In this document: positions 23,882-35,800 of the stretch, one piece after another
Numbering within the stretch: the stretch's first letter is position 1
Layout: every line of letters starts with the position of its first letter
Source of the DNA: a virus
Reading direction: 5' to 3' (one strand)
IMG/VR virus record: IMGVR_UViG_3300015259_000001
Length of the DNA stretch: 64,000 nt
The notes under the pieces: generated by a model
Told to the model about the DNA's origin: nothing
The model's database searches: none
What the model saw: only the letters and a program-made list of their open reading frames with translations
Translations under genes and position numbers: made by a program

Positions 23882-26321
23882 GAAAGGCCAATTTCAAGGA
23901 GGTCATCCTAGAGTTCCTCTACGAGGATTTGCTAATCTTTTTAGAGAATTAGATCCTGCCGTTGCAGATAATCTTCGTAATATATTTGCCGAAGCAGAAG
24001 ATCTAATGGATTATCATGCTCGAAGTGTACCTCAAAGACAGACTAGAAGAAAACTTAGCGGACTTGTAGATTCTCCCACTATAGTTGCAGAAGCATCTTT
24101 TATTGGAGCATCAATACGATGGAATAGGTTAGATGATAACCGTATTACCATGTATGAGGTACAAATTTCAGATACAGATTCATTCGGTAACCCAGAGACA
24201 CTACCAGTTTTCGAGACATTCTTTGCTATTGAAAACCTTACTGGGCCGAAATGGATACGAGTTAGAGGCGTTCGATATGACGCATTGACGGGTAATTGGT
24301 CAAATACTGTTAGAGTGGATCCGGAAGTAACTGCTCCACAAGTATATACATCTGTATTCTATCAAAATTATAGTTCTCATTCAGAACCTAATCTTACTAG
24401 TAAAGTTAGATTTGCTGGATCGAAACTTCCAGATTTCTATACCTTACATTCTAAGACTTTTATTCCTACTGAAGATGTAGGAGGTATGTTACTATTTGGA
24501 CAGGTATCAAATAGATTAACCAAACCAACTAGTAGTGCAAATAGAATATGGGATAGAGTACGTTGGAGAGTTAATGGTCTCACTCGCATGGAGCAAATGT
24601 TTGCTCACTCAACAGATCCAGCCTATAACGACCCAGATACACCTGTAATTCTACCCGGAGATGTTCCTGCATCCTTTTACGGCGGAGGTGGATATACCGC
24701 AGCATTCGGTCCTATAATGGTAACTTTCCCTCCAGTACTAAGAGGACAAGGACCGCAAGATCCTAGAACAGTACAAAATCTTTATGTATCTCCATTCGGA
24801 CTAACATGGTCACAACCAAAAAGTGTATTTAGACCTTCTAGATATGATCTTACCCCATTAGATATTCTCAAAAGATCAGGCGCTAAAGCGAATGAATCTG
24901 ATGTCTTTATATCTCCCGGAGCAGCAAGTCAATACCTTAGGACTTATAATTATGGATTTGAAGTACCATCAAATGCTACAGTTACAGGATTGGAGGCTCA
25001 AGTTAAGCGTCGAATGGAGATTGTTCGAGGGGATAGGATAACTATTGATCTAGGAAAAGCTGAAGAGAATAGACCTCTATTAAGTAAAGCTAATAACGTT
25101 GTTTCTAACGATATATTTACTGATAGTTCTTATGGCACCATGATTAACTTAAGTCCAGATTCCACTACGGATGGATTATTATGGAGTTTAGAAGATGATG
25201 TACCCGGCGATGCAAAAGTTGGAATATTCAATGAATGGACTCTTTCAATATGGTTTAGATATTCTAATACTGAAGGTTTAATAATAGGCGCTGCCGGAGC
25301 AGGACAGGCATCTAGAGGTGTATTTAAGGTAGGGGAAACGGATGAAAGTAGTACAATAACTATTCTATTTAATACCTATGATGTCGATGCTGGAGCCGGT
25401 ACAGATAATAGATATTTATTTAGTTTTACTGTAAATGATGAAACAACTCCAACTAGAGAAACAGCTTATGTATTTAATGATGTACTTAGTAATCTAATTA
25501 TAGATGGTAATTTACATCATATAGTTATACGTAGAGATGATGTTACTGGTGCAGGAGCAACAACATTAACGCTAGATGACGTAGAAAGAACTCCTACTAT
25601 AGTTATAAATCTAAATGGAGGAATTTTATCTACTGGAGATGGAACTAGAAGAGGTATAGGTATAGCTTCGGGTGAGAGCGGCGCTAGTGGACTTGATGGA
25701 GCTTACGCTTCCGCTGCTATATGGAATCACTTTCTTCGTGACGATGAAATACATGAACTATTTGAAGCAAAAAGTAGTATAGATTACCGATTTAATTACG
25801 GTGAATATTCCTCTGCTCAGTTCCTACAACACTGGTATTTAGCGTTTCCTACGGATACAGATATACGTGATGAATCGGTATTACTCGTCACTAGACAAGG
25901 AGGGTCAGCTATACTTCGAGATGATCTTCCTGATAAGGCATCTCCGGAGATCTGGCCCTTCTTGTCTCAGTTTAATTCGGATGGTACTGCACCGGGGATA
26001 CCTCATGATAACGTTAATGCTATAGGATATCAAACATACGGTGGACCCGGAGATTTATGGGGTTTTTATCCTTCGCCTTCTACTGTTAATGACTTTTACT
26101 TTGGGTTTGCCGTTGCTGCAGGAAACTTTAACGTTACATTCGGCGGTTATGGATTCATAGATCACGTTAGAATGACCGTATATTATGACGATCCAGATAA
26201 AGATAATGAAATGGAGTTATCTATAGAGGCGGAGACAGTTAACTTTTACGAACTGAAAAGAGAAGTATTTGGAGGACTATTTAACGGCCTCCAAGTTGCT
26301 GAATCTTTCTACTTAATATAA
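23871..26321 (+). CDS. Tail protein with FN3-like domain and nested LamG domain
   Basis: MYEVQISD...IRVRGV...GNWS; WTLSIWF, LHHIVIR, SAAIWNHFLRDDEI. Confidence 0.7.
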   Translation: MPYKKGQFQGGHPRVPLRGFANLFRELDPAVADNLRNIFAEAEDLMDYHARSVPQRQTRRKLSGLVDSPTIVAEASFIGASIRWNRLDDNRITMYEVQISDTDSFGNPETLPVFETFFAIENLTGPKWIRVRGVRYDALTGNWSNTVRVDPEVTAPQVYTSVFYQNYSSHSEPNLTSKVRFAGSKLPDFYTLHSKTFIPTEDVGGMLLFGQVSNRLTKPTSSANRIWDRVRWRVNGLTRMEQMFAHSTDPAYNDPDTPVILPGDVPASFYGGGGYTAAFGPIMVTFPPVLRGQGPQDPRTVQNLYVSPFGLTWSQPKSVFRPSRYDLTPLDILKRSGAKANESDVFISPGAASQYLRTYNYGFEVPSNATVTGLEAQVKRRMEIVRGDRITIDLGKAEENRPLLSKANNVVSNDIFTDSSYGTMINLSPDSTTDGLLWSLEDDVPGDAKVGIFNEWTLSIWFRYSNTEGLIIGAAGAGQASRGVFKVGETDESSTITILFNTYDVDAGAGTDNRYLFSFTVNDETTPTRETAYVFNDVLSNLIIDGNLHHIVIRRDDVTGAGATTLTLDDVERTPTIVINLNGGILSTGDGTRRGIGIASGESGASGLDGAYASAAIWNHFLRDDEIHELFEAKSSIDYRFNYGEYSSAQFLQHWYLAFPTDTDIRDESVLLVTRQGGSAILRDDLPDKASPEIWPFLSQFNSDGTAPGIPHDNVNAIGYQTYGGPGDLWGFYPSPSTVNDFYFGFAVAAGNFNVTFGGYGFIDHVRMTVYYDDPDKDNEMELSIEAETVNFYELKREVFGGLFNGLQVAESFYLI

Positions 26322-27265
26322 TGCCACCGCGTAACCCAAATAAGCAATTTAGACTGCCAAGTATAGCAGCTAAGATGTCCACTATTACGGGACTTGATGG
26401 GTCTGAAAAGGCGCTGATGGTCCGTATAGGTAATCTTATTGATGCTTTCACAGTACAGCAAAGAAACGTCAATAATCCCGGTATAGTAGGTCCCCGAGTA
26501 TTATCTAATAGAATACCTAAGGTTAGTAATTTAACTTTAACAATAATAGGTGGAGGTGTCGATGCTGTATGGGATGCGGTTGAACAACACTTTAGTAACT
26601 TTGAAACTTACGAAGTAGAGTATGCTGAGAATACTACATATGTAGATTCTACCGTATTAATTGCACCTACCAATAAGATATCTATTAAAGGTTTACCTAG
26701 TGGTTCTTCAGTAGCAGTTAGAGTACGAGTTGTAGATAGAGTAGGAAGAGTAGGATTATGGACTAGTTCAGAGACTACTCCTATCGGTACGTTACCTCTA
26801 TTCTCTGTAGATGGGGATTCTGCTGATTTTGAGAATAGAACAGTAGTCTTTCCTGCTCCTGAACTTTTTGGAGGAGCATCTTCCGCCTCATCTCTAGTAA
26901 CATCTATAACCGGAGTAGGGGGTGCAGTCGGACCTAGCCCTACAACATTCTACGATGCGTCGGATGGCGGCCGACCCGGAAAGATTAATCAGATATCTTA
27001 TAGTCTAATAGAGAATGAATCTATTATTTCTCAGGTAGGAGTAATGGGTCTACCTACTCTTTTTTATGAGTTGGGCGATACTTTATCCGATGCCAATGGG
27101 AGGCATTATATGTCTTTCCCCGGGTCATTCGTAGACTTTTTCGAGCCTGAAGAGGCTGATTTTGACCCTAGCGTTATGGGGATAGTATTCTTACTATACA
27201 CTGAAACACCACACGAACAAATGGGTACTATACATAATGCAACTATGGGAACAATCAAGCTATAA
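26321..27265 (+). CDS. Tail protein with FN3-like domain
   Basis: AVWDAV...YEVEYAEN...VRVRVVDRVGRVGLWT. Confidence 0.65.
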   Translation: MPPRNPNKQFRLPSIAAKMSTITGLDGSEKALMVRIGNLIDAFTVQQRNVNNPGIVGPRVLSNRIPKVSNLTLTIIGGGVDAVWDAVEQHFSNFETYEVEYAENTTYVDSTVLIAPTNKISIKGLPSGSSVAVRVRVVDRVGRVGLWTSSETTPIGTLPLFSVDGDSADFENRTVVFPAPELFGGASSASSLVTSITGVGGAVGPSPTTFYDASDGGRPGKINQISYSLIENESIISQVGVMGLPTLFYELGDTLSDANGRHYMSFPGSFVDFFEPEEADFDPSVMGIVFLLYTETPHEQMGTIHNATMGTIKL

Positions 27266-27278
27266 TGATATACTATAG
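27266..27278 (+). promoter_or_regulatory. Promoter motif TGATATACTATAG
   Basis: Immediately after a stop, 8 nt before ATG 27287 (leaderless-like). Confidence 0.6.
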
Positions 27279-27286
27279 TTAGAACC

Positions 27287-27586
27287 ATGCTTAAGTACGA
27301 CCCATACGCGCATAAAGCTAAAGTTGAAAGGACACGATTAGACCGTGAATCTACCCTTACTAGTCTCGCTGATGAATTCTCTACTGGTACGCTCAAACAG
27401 TCAGCAGCTAACCGACGACGGGATTATAGTCAGCAACTTCGGGATGAGACTCCTACTGGGAAATTCAGAACAATAGCTAAAGAGAAAAAGAAAGTCGCAT
27501 ATCAAGCTCCTCAGTTAAAGAAAAAGGTTAAGTTCTCAAGTATGATGGATAGATATGCTCAGCTTGGGCATATCAAGAGGTTCTAA
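27287..27586 (+). CDS. Small basic hypothetical protein
   Basis: 99 aa, TAATG coupled to the nozzle gene. Confidence 0.55.
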   Translation: MLKYDPYAHKAKVERTRLDRESTLTSLADEFSTGTLKQSAANRRRDYSQQLRDETPTGKFRTIAKEKKKVAYQAPQLKKKVKFSSMMDRYAQLGHIKRF

Positions 27587-30069
27587 TGGCTGATCGTGGA
27601 AAGCTGCCCTACATAGACATAAAAACATTAACTGGGCTAGTCACTAAGGGGTCTGAAGAGGCTGTCCTAGACGTAAGTCTTAGAACAGCTAAGAATGTAG
27701 ATTTCTTTACCCATTATGGCGCGATAGGTAAATGTCCCGGTACTACTAACGTATTAAGTGAAGTATATACTGAATCTAGCGTAGCTAAACCTATTAGTTG
27801 GATTGGTTTTTATAAGGCGGCGGATCTGAATGGTGAGATCCTTCGCCACATTCTAGTCGCTGCAGGAACCAAACTGCACAAGTTAACTGGAACACAACCT
27901 ACAGCTTCTTTAACTGCTCTAACTGGAGTAGGTTTTCCCATCACCGAAACTAGACTTTCTGGGTTATTTCATAGTCATGCCATGTTCGATGACTTCATGC
28001 TTATCTCTAACCGAGATCCTTATCTTATCGGTAAGGGTAATCTTATGGTTAAATACGATGGTGCTCAGGTTCAAAGATGGGGAGTTTTAGCTCCCGGTAC
28101 TGTTGAAACTGAAATTGAAACTTTTGCTGATTCTACTGTATTCACGGCAGATGGAGGTACAGCATCTAATGAGACGACTACAACCAAAGATGGTAGTTCG
28201 GTTAAGTTCTCTAAGACTAGCACCTCACAACAGAATGGCGATCTTAGTAAAGCATATAGTGCCTTTAGTGTTAGTGCTCTAATACCCAATAGAGGTCAAA
28301 TATCTCTTTATATCCCGAGAGGTGAGATAGCTAACTTTGACCAAACTGCTGCGGTACAGATCTTTGTAGGTTCAAATGGCGATCTAACTAATCATTACTA
28401 TACCTTTACATTTGGAATTGGTGAACTGGTAGAAGGATGGAATGATCTTGCTTTAGACTTTAGTTCTCCTACAGCTACTACTGGTACACCTGACTCTTCA
28501 GCACTTAACTTTGCTAGATTCCGTATTAACTCGGATGCTAATTCCGACCTTATTTCAAACGTCCGATGGGATAATTTCGTAACCTTTGATACTGGGGCTC
28601 CTACAACAGCGGTTGGAACGGCAGCTACGACAAGTGCTGAAACAGTGTTTGCCGACGCTGGAACTTACTCATATCGTATAACATATGGTACTAAGTATGG
28701 CCACGAAAGTAATGCATCTCCAGAATCGGTTGAATTAACTATTACTTCAGGAGTAAGTACATTCGGCAGAACTAACATTCTTTTGACTAATATCCCGGTA
28801 TCTGATGATCCTCAGGTAACATCTAGAACTATATATCGGACAGTTAATGGCGGCGTAATACATCTATTTGTAGCTACTATTAACGATAATGAGACTACTA
28901 CCTATACTGATACTACTTCGGATACGGCTCTTGGTCAAGTCAGTCCTCCTATTGCTGGAGACCTGAATGACGATAACAGTCCTCCCCCACTTGGAGGCAT
29001 CGTCAAGACATGGAAAAGAACAGTATTCATTTCTGGCGATCCCGCTCAACCTAATTCGATTTATTTCTCAGAGGATAGCGAACCAGAAAGCTTCCCTCTC
29101 CTTAATACTATAACATTCGATGATCGTGTTACTGGTATGTATGAAACATACTCTGGTTTTGTTATTGAAACAGAAACAGGTAAATGGCAGGCAACTGGTG
29201 AGAATCCTGACTTTGCATTTAATAAGATTCTAAATAAGTTAGGCAATGTTGGTAGACGAGCAGTAGGCGAAACAAAGATTATGGGTTGGTCCGTAGATAG
29301 AGACGGTATGCGTTTGTACGATCTAAATACACCACAAAAGATTTCTGAGCAGATTAGAGATAAGTTCGATAGTGAATTTAGTCAAGTTAATCTAGAATTC
29401 TTATTTACTTTTCATTCTAAACGCTTCAACTCTATCGGGTTATTTGCTCAGAATAGCGGTGGAGATTACACTCATACTTATGTATACCAATATCCAGTAG
29501 ATGATATTCTAAATGGTCAATGGTGGCAATTAGATCTACCTGATTCTTTCAACCCTCAATGTGCCGAAGAAGTAGAAGACTCAGATGGAGATAATCATAT
29601 CTATATTGGAGACGAAAATGGTATGATGTATGAGTTATTCGATCTGGACGTAGATCGGTTTCAACTTGCAGCTAGCGGCACTTATGAGGCTATTACTACT
29701 GTATTTACAACTAAGTATTTCCGACTCGGTGATGCTGGGCAGGAAGCTGAAGGAGTTACCGGAAGAGCCGCACCCAGATTTATTGAGATAAGACACGATG
29801 GGGATGCTACGACTTGGGACGTATTGATCGAGACCGCTCATGGTCCTAATCAAAGTACTCCTACATCTAGTGCCACGGTAAGTGTTGTTTTCGCCTCTGG
29901 AGAAGATTGCCGCAGGTATCCAATACCACATACACTTCAGCCCGGAGATTATGTTAGACTAACCTTTACCAATGACGATGAAGGAGTTAATACCTATATT
30001 ACCGGAATAAGGTTATATTTCCACGTTCAACCCGGTCAGTCCGTAAGAGAAACAGGACAAGCTGGATAA
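27586..30069 (+). CDS. Tail nozzle/stabilisation protein (P22 gp10/T7 gp12-like)
   Basis: 827 aa beta-propeller-like blades (NSIYFSEDSEPESFP, WSVDRDGMRLYD); podovirus position between adaptor and ejection proteins. Confidence 0.7.
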   Translation: MADRGKLPYIDIKTLTGLVTKGSEEAVLDVSLRTAKNVDFFTHYGAIGKCPGTTNVLSEVYTESSVAKPISWIGFYKAADLNGEILRHILVAAGTKLHKLTGTQPTASLTALTGVGFPITETRLSGLFHSHAMFDDFMLISNRDPYLIGKGNLMVKYDGAQVQRWGVLAPGTVETEIETFADSTVFTADGGTASNETTTTKDGSSVKFSKTSTSQQNGDLSKAYSAFSVSALIPNRGQISLYIPRGEIANFDQTAAVQIFVGSNGDLTNHYYTFTFGIGELVEGWNDLALDFSSPTATTGTPDSSALNFARFRINSDANSDLISNVRWDNFVTFDTGAPTTAVGTAATTSAETVFADAGTYSYRITYGTKYGHESNASPESVELTITSGVSTFGRTNILLTNIPVSDDPQVTSRTIYRTVNGGVIHLFVATINDNETTTYTDTTSDTALGQVSPPIAGDLNDDNSPPPLGGIVKTWKRTVFISGDPAQPNSIYFSEDSEPESFPLLNTITFDDRVTGMYETYSGFVIETETGKWQATGENPDFAFNKILNKLGNVGRRAVGETKIMGWSVDRDGMRLYDLNTPQKISEQIRDKFDSEFSQVNLEFLFTFHSKRFNSIGLFAQNSGGDYTHTYVYQYPVDDILNGQWWQLDLPDSFNPQCAEEVEDSDGDNHIYIGDENGMMYELFDLDVDRFQLAASGTYEAITTVFTTKYFRLGDAGQEAEGVTGRAAPRFIEIRHDGDATTWDVLIETAHGPNQSTPTSSATVSVVFASGEDCRRYPIPHTLQPGDYVRLTFTNDDEGVNTYITGIRLYFHVQPGQSVRETGQAG

Positions 30070-30073
30070 GATT

Positions 30074-30086
30074 TGATACACTATTA
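30074..30086 (+). promoter_or_regulatory. Promoter motif variant TGATACACTATTA
   Basis: One mismatch to the motif; followed by TAGGACTATA as at 4098. Confidence 0.6.
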
Positions 30087-30109
30087 TTAGGACTATATAG
30101 AGGAATATT

Positions 30110-31201
30110 ATGCCCTCTCAGAAACGTTATGCTGCCCAATATAAACAATTAAGCGCTTTAGCGGCGCATCAGCCTCGGGAGATTCGGGAGCGTCGAACAG
30201 CCGCAGAAGAGGCTTATGGAGCGGTACGGGCTCGTCTAGGTGCGGCTGGTACCTATGATGTTCCCGGTTCGACTGCCGGAGGCGGAGGCGGCGGAGCGGC
30301 GCCTACAGAAGAGACTCCCGGTATTATTAAGAGTAAATCTTTAACTACCTCAGAAATAGGCATGGGCATCGACGCTAGATATTCTGGGTGGGGAGAACAA
30401 AAAGGTTTCGAGATAACTAAGGTCGATAAAAACGCTTTACTAGGCCAACTTGAAGGATCTGCCGAATTCCGAATTGCCTCTCGCCTTACTGCTGAAGCTG
30501 AACAATTAGTAGCCAGAGAGGGTCCTCTTTGGAATGAAATGATTAAGAATACCCAGCTTCCTATTATTGAAGGGCTTGGTGCGGCTTCTAGAGAGAACGC
30601 CGAAGCTATCCGTAAAGCAGTTCAGAAAGGCGGATCAGCTAGACGCGAAGCTATGAGTGCTATGGTCAAGATGCAGGAGCAAAGTAAGATCAACTCTATG
30701 CGGGTAAAACAGATCTCTGAGAGCCGCGTAGCCCTAGATAAGTGGGCCAGAGAAAACGCCAGAACGCAACTTGAATTCAATGAAAATTGGGCTAGTAACG
30801 TTGCTGGTGTTCGTGAATCATATAATAGCGCAATGGATAGGGCTTCTGAGTTAATGCTAAATTCGGCTCTTCCTGTAATGATGGAAGCTACAGCAAATGC
30901 TATCCAGTACCGTGAAGCAGCACATGCTAAGCAGCGAGCTAAGGTTAATAATTGGATTCAAGGAGCTATCGGAGTAGCTAGTATAGCGGCCGGTGGACTT
31001 GGCATGATGGCTGCAACCGGCGTAGGCATGGGCGCTCTTGGGGCTATGGGTAAGATAGGACAAGTTGCTGCTGGTATTGGTAAGGCAGTTGCTGGACCTG
31101 TTGATCAATATGGAAATAGAGATCCATCTACCGCTGGTGGTTTGATTAGTAGAGGTCTTGGAACTCTAGGCATAGGCGGTGGCGGAATGGAGAGAGGCTA
31201 A
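30110..31201 (+). CDS. Internal virion/ejection (DNA pilot-like) protein
   Basis: Helical; C-terminal glycine-zipper hydrophobic stretch GAIGVASIAAGGLGMMAATGVGMGALG. Confidence 0.65.
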   Translation: MPSQKRYAAQYKQLSALAAHQPREIRERRTAAEEAYGAVRARLGAAGTYDVPGSTAGGGGGGAAPTEETPGIIKSKSLTTSEIGMGIDARYSGWGEQKGFEITKVDKNALLGQLEGSAEFRIASRLTAEAEQLVAREGPLWNEMIKNTQLPIIEGLGAASRENAEAIRKAVQKGGSARREAMSAMVKMQEQSKINSMRVKQISESRVALDKWARENARTQLEFNENWASNVAGVRESYNSAMDRASELMLNSALPVMMEATANAIQYREAAHAKQRAKVNNWIQGAIGVASIAAGGLGMMAATGVGMGALGAMGKIGQVAAGIGKAVAGPVDQYGNRDPSTAGGLISRGLGTLGIGGGGMERG

Positions 31202-32877
31202 TGCCGTTACCCGAAGTTAGAACAGATGTACCTAGTTTAATTACTGATACGATTCGTGACAGGTTCTATAAGAACCAATTCGAGCAGTTTATGCAGAATG
31301 ATTATGCATCCTATCAGCAAGAGTTAAATAACCTTTCTGGTGCGTTAGCGGATCCGTCTGATCCGGATATGGCTTCAAAGATTCTTAAGTCATATAGTGC
31401 GGCTACTAGCAAAATGATCACAAATGCTACCCGATTTAAGAGCAATCCATATATTACTCAGCTAGCACAGGCTCATTTCCAGCACGATATGAAGCAATTC
31501 GATAACATTACTCAACTTGCTACAGCTAGTATGGAAGCTCAAGGTGAAGGATCTGCAGACGCCGCTAAGAGAGAAGCAGATGAGGCTCTAGCTGGAAAAA
31601 GAGTAGCTGAAACAGAAGAGATTCAAGAACGAACCAGACAACTTCGAGAAAAGCCTGAGATTGCCAAAAATATTTTCCATAATTGGGATATTAGTAATCC
31701 TACCATGGCGGTCGGTGCCCTAAACCGAAATGATAGTCCAGAAATTGTTAAGGCTAGAGACCGAGAGAAGCTAGAGATCCAAAGATCAATTGGTGAGCAG
31801 CTTATTCGAGAACGGGCCAGAACGAAACAAGTTAATCCCAATACAGGTATGGTATGGGGTTCTGGTGGTGAGGACGAGTTGACTAGTGTAGTAGCTACTG
31901 AAGTTAATCCAACTCAGATTAATGAAATATGGGAGATGCAAAAGCTTAAGAGTGATTTCGTTAGACAGACCGGCGCTACTTCGGAGCAGGTTGAATCAAT
32001 GTTCCCGCAGTATAATTGGCCTAAGCAGGTTGATCCTAATACTATTCCAAAAGGTAATCTAACGCCAGAACTTACTGGTAGACTTATTCTTGGGGATACT
32101 GGATTTGCTAACGTTGCAGGCGATCAAGCAGTGTTTAAGAGTGTCAAAGATATTACCGATAAACTACCAAATGATATTAATTCGCTTGGACCTAACGTTG
32201 TTACGGCTACATTCAATGCTATCTATTCGGAGAATGGTGGAAATCCTCATACCCACGAACCCTTTCAAAACTATTCAGAGTATAAGAGTTGGCTACAGAG
32301 AAGCCTACGAGGTTGGGTTAATGAGCGAATTGGAGGGATAGCCGTATCTGATGCTGAGTTAGATAACGAGACTAGAGGGTCACGTCAAAGAGCTAGAGCG
32401 TTTATGGATGCAGTTGTTGAGAAATACGGACCTCATGTGGCTAGAGAGTTACGCATACCAAAGACTCCTGAGGCACCCGGATTCTTTGGTAGATTGGTAT
32501 CTCCCGAGACTAGAGCCGGTATAGCTAAGACGGTAGGGGGGTTCTTCGGTGAAGAAGTAGTAGGTGCTCCTATTACAGAAACCCAACCCGGCGTTATTGG
32601 TCCCAGACAAAAGGCTGTTAGTAAACCAGTTGCCCCGCTAGTAAATACAGCAAAAGTAATGATTCAATCTTTGGATAATGTAAAACAGAATAAATATTTT
32701 CGAGTACAGCAAGCATTTATGGGGTCGTCTGGATTCGAGGACTGGGAACCTATTGGTCCCAATAAAGATGGGGATCTAATTATCAAGAACTCAAAGACAG
32801 GTAAGATGTCCCTCGCAACATGGGACGGGCAGATAAAGCCAGTAGCTGGGTTAAAGAAACAACCCAAGAAGAAGTAA
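31201..32877 (+). CDS. Internal virion/ejection protein
   Basis: 558 aa helical; position. Confidence 0.6.
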   Translation: MPLPEVRTDVPSLITDTIRDRFYKNQFEQFMQNDYASYQQELNNLSGALADPSDPDMASKILKSYSAATSKMITNATRFKSNPYITQLAQAHFQHDMKQFDNITQLATASMEAQGEGSADAAKREADEALAGKRVAETEEIQERTRQLREKPEIAKNIFHNWDISNPTMAVGALNRNDSPEIVKARDREKLEIQRSIGEQLIRERARTKQVNPNTGMVWGSGGEDELTSVVATEVNPTQINEIWEMQKLKSDFVRQTGATSEQVESMFPQYNWPKQVDPNTIPKGNLTPELTGRLILGDTGFANVAGDQAVFKSVKDITDKLPNDINSLGPNVVTATFNAIYSENGGNPHTHEPFQNYSEYKSWLQRSLRGWVNERIGGIAVSDAELDNETRGSRQRARAFMDAVVEKYGPHVARELRIPKTPEAPGFFGRLVSPETRAGIAKTVGGFFGEEVVGAPITETQPGVIGPRQKAVSKPVAPLVNTAKVMIQSLDNVKQNKYFRVQQAFMGSSGFEDWEPIGPNKDGDLIIKNSKTGKMSLATWDGQIKPVAGLKKQPKKK

Positions 32878-32880
32878 TAA

Positions 32881-35800
32881 ATGGCTGAGCCTGAAGTTTC
32901 ATTATCTGAGTTACTAGCGAGGAGAGGATTTGATACCGGACCAAAGACTCCCGGTATTATACCTGAAGGTGAAGATCACGTTTCTTCTGTAATAAAAAAT
33001 ATTACTCAAAACTACCAAACCTCTCAAGCTCAAAGCTATAACAGATTAGATTTCCTTCCTCCTATTCAAGAGAGAAAGAACATTTTCGTTGATGTACCGA
33101 ACATGTTGTTCGGCGATGAGATGAACTCAGTCGGTATATCTCTCGATGAGACTGGGTTTAAATGGGATCTAGAAACAGCTAAAGATGCATGGACTGAGCA
33201 TCCTGTTAGAACGGGGATTGCTGTAGGACTAACTACACTACCTATTTTAGGAGCAATTCATAAAGGTATTCGAGCTACTAAACTTGCTAATATTCCTGCC
33301 TTTGAGTTGAAGCCTTTCGTAGAAGAAGGTATAGACTTTGCTCAATTAACTAATCGAGAACAAGAAACTATCCGAATAAATGCTTGGTCTCATATCCGAA
33401 AGCGCGATATGGAGGCTAAGATTTCTTCTGGTCAAGCCTCCCCATGGGATTCTTTTAAATATAGATTCGAACAACGATTCTCGAACCAATACCTTGATCT
33501 AATGGATCCTAATAAGCCCATTGCTGCTAGAGCCCAGCATTATAATAAGATGCAAGAAGCGATTAAAGGTGCTGAGATCAATAAGCATATGGCGGATCTT
33601 CCTCCTGAAGAGATGGGTCCTTCTATTACTCGTTACTTCAAAGACGAAAATATGCTTTCTAAGATTCCAGAAGCCCATAGACCATGGGCAATCCGAATGA
33701 AGAATCAGGGTCGAAAGCTTATGGATAATATGGAATCAGAAGGATTCGTTACTGCTGAAGAAAGAGCTAAGGTTGGCGATGTATGGTTCTCACTAGTACG
33801 TCGTGGCACTCCTATGCGTCATGAAGGAGCAGAAGTAGGACTAGTTACGGCGGTTAAAGACAAAGGAGGAGAAGTTCAGCTTATTAATATTCCAAGAACT
33901 GAGAGCGTCCACCTACTAAAGAGAAAAACAGAGTTAAAAGATGCCGGGCGAATGATCAACCGAACAGAAGCCCTTGATCTTCTTAAAGCCGGAAAAGATG
34001 AGAAAGCATTAGAACTTCTAACCCATTCCGATGATGCTGATATCTCTAGTCTGATTAAACAGGGAGCAAGAGAGCAGGCTAAAGTTGCTCTTATAGAAAC
34101 GAAGGAAATATTAGACATTTCTTCTTCGGATCTAACAATAAAGAATTTGCTTCAACAGCACTTGCTGTTCGAGAACTTCAGGTATATCCGCGATATTGCT
34201 ATGAACCCGAAACTAACCAAGAATGCAGATGAATATTATGCTCTAACCCCTGCGGCTAGAGCTGATTACGTCAATCTAGATGCTGTACCAAATGCTCATA
34301 TCATCCGCAGAATGATAGGTAAAAAGGTAGGTAAAGAGTATAGTGATGAGGGACTTGGATGGATTCGTGGTGAGCTATTCAAAGAGTTAACTAATTCCAA
34401 GACCGGACAGCCTGCCATGATTCATGGTGCGGTTAATATGATCGAGTTTCTTACCGTTCTGCATAAGACTGGTAGAACTGCTCTTAACGTCCCTACTCAA
34501 CTACAAAATGTAGGCGGTAACGTTATTAACATGATGTGGGCAGGAATGAATCCTTTTAGTAAGGAGAACTTCGATCTTCTCAAGACATCTGTAAACGCTT
34601 CATGGAAGCGAATGAAGGCAAATAAGAAAAATGTAACTCTAGGTAAAGTTGGGACCATAAAGTCTCATATCCCCGGAGCAAAGGATATCGACATTGCCGA
34701 AGAATTCAACTCTGGTAACCTAGCTGAACTTCTTGACGAGTCAACCTTTAATAAAGCAGAAGGACTTGAATCACTACAGAGAATGTTGGATAACACTAGT
34801 GATACTCAAATGTTTCTTAAAGGATTACTTGAGTATACTCAAAAGGCCGCTAAAGCTAGAATAGGACCACTTTCGATTGAGAATGCTGCAGATATGTATA
34901 CAAACGTAGACTCTGCATTCAAATTGGCTTACTATCTTAATCTTCGCCAGAGAGGACTATCGAAAGCTGGTGCTGTTCTTGAAGTTTCTAGACGATTTCC
35001 TATCTATCATACGGTAGCCCCAGTAGCTAGAAGCGTAAGAAGACATCTACTACCGTGGATCTCGTTTCCTGTAGAGACTATGCGAATTGTTAAGAATAAC
35101 ATTATTGATCATCCTCTACGAATGGCTCCTTGGTTACATGCTACCCAATTTATGCAGTCTTTAATGTATCCTTTTATGGATGAAAGTGCTGAGGGTACGA
35201 AGGATGCTCAACGGAATCTGCCTACATGGGCGCAAAAGCCTAATACAGTAATGACTCCGTTCCGAGATAAGAATGATGATATGAGAGCAATGGTCATTGA
35301 CTGGCTGCCTCATGCTTCATTCCTCCCTCAGACTATAGCACCAGAAGCTCCTATTATGCAGAAGTTTCCTTTAGGGTTAGGTGAACCTATACCGATTCTA
35401 CAAGGTATTATGAATGCTTGGACAGGTAAGGATCAATTCGGTAATGATATTCCTTACGATCCTTCTAATCCGGCACAGCTAATGCAAGCACAGACGATGA
35501 ATCTGATAGCGGCTATAACACCTCCAATAGTAGGAAAATATCTATTCAATGCTACGACCCCAGATCCTACTTATAAATTAAGACAAGAATTCGGAGAAGC
35601 GGTCATGCCTACAACCGGGAAGCCGGGAGATCCCATATGGGATTTCTTCATGAATAATATAGGTATGCCGGGTAAGTTCTATCCTGCCTCTGGCGAGCAG
35701 TATCTTGCAAATCAATCCCTAACACAGAGAGGCATTGAAGCTTATCGTGGTAGTTTATCCAAGAAATGGGGGGCATACGTTAAGAATGGTGACTGGCAAC

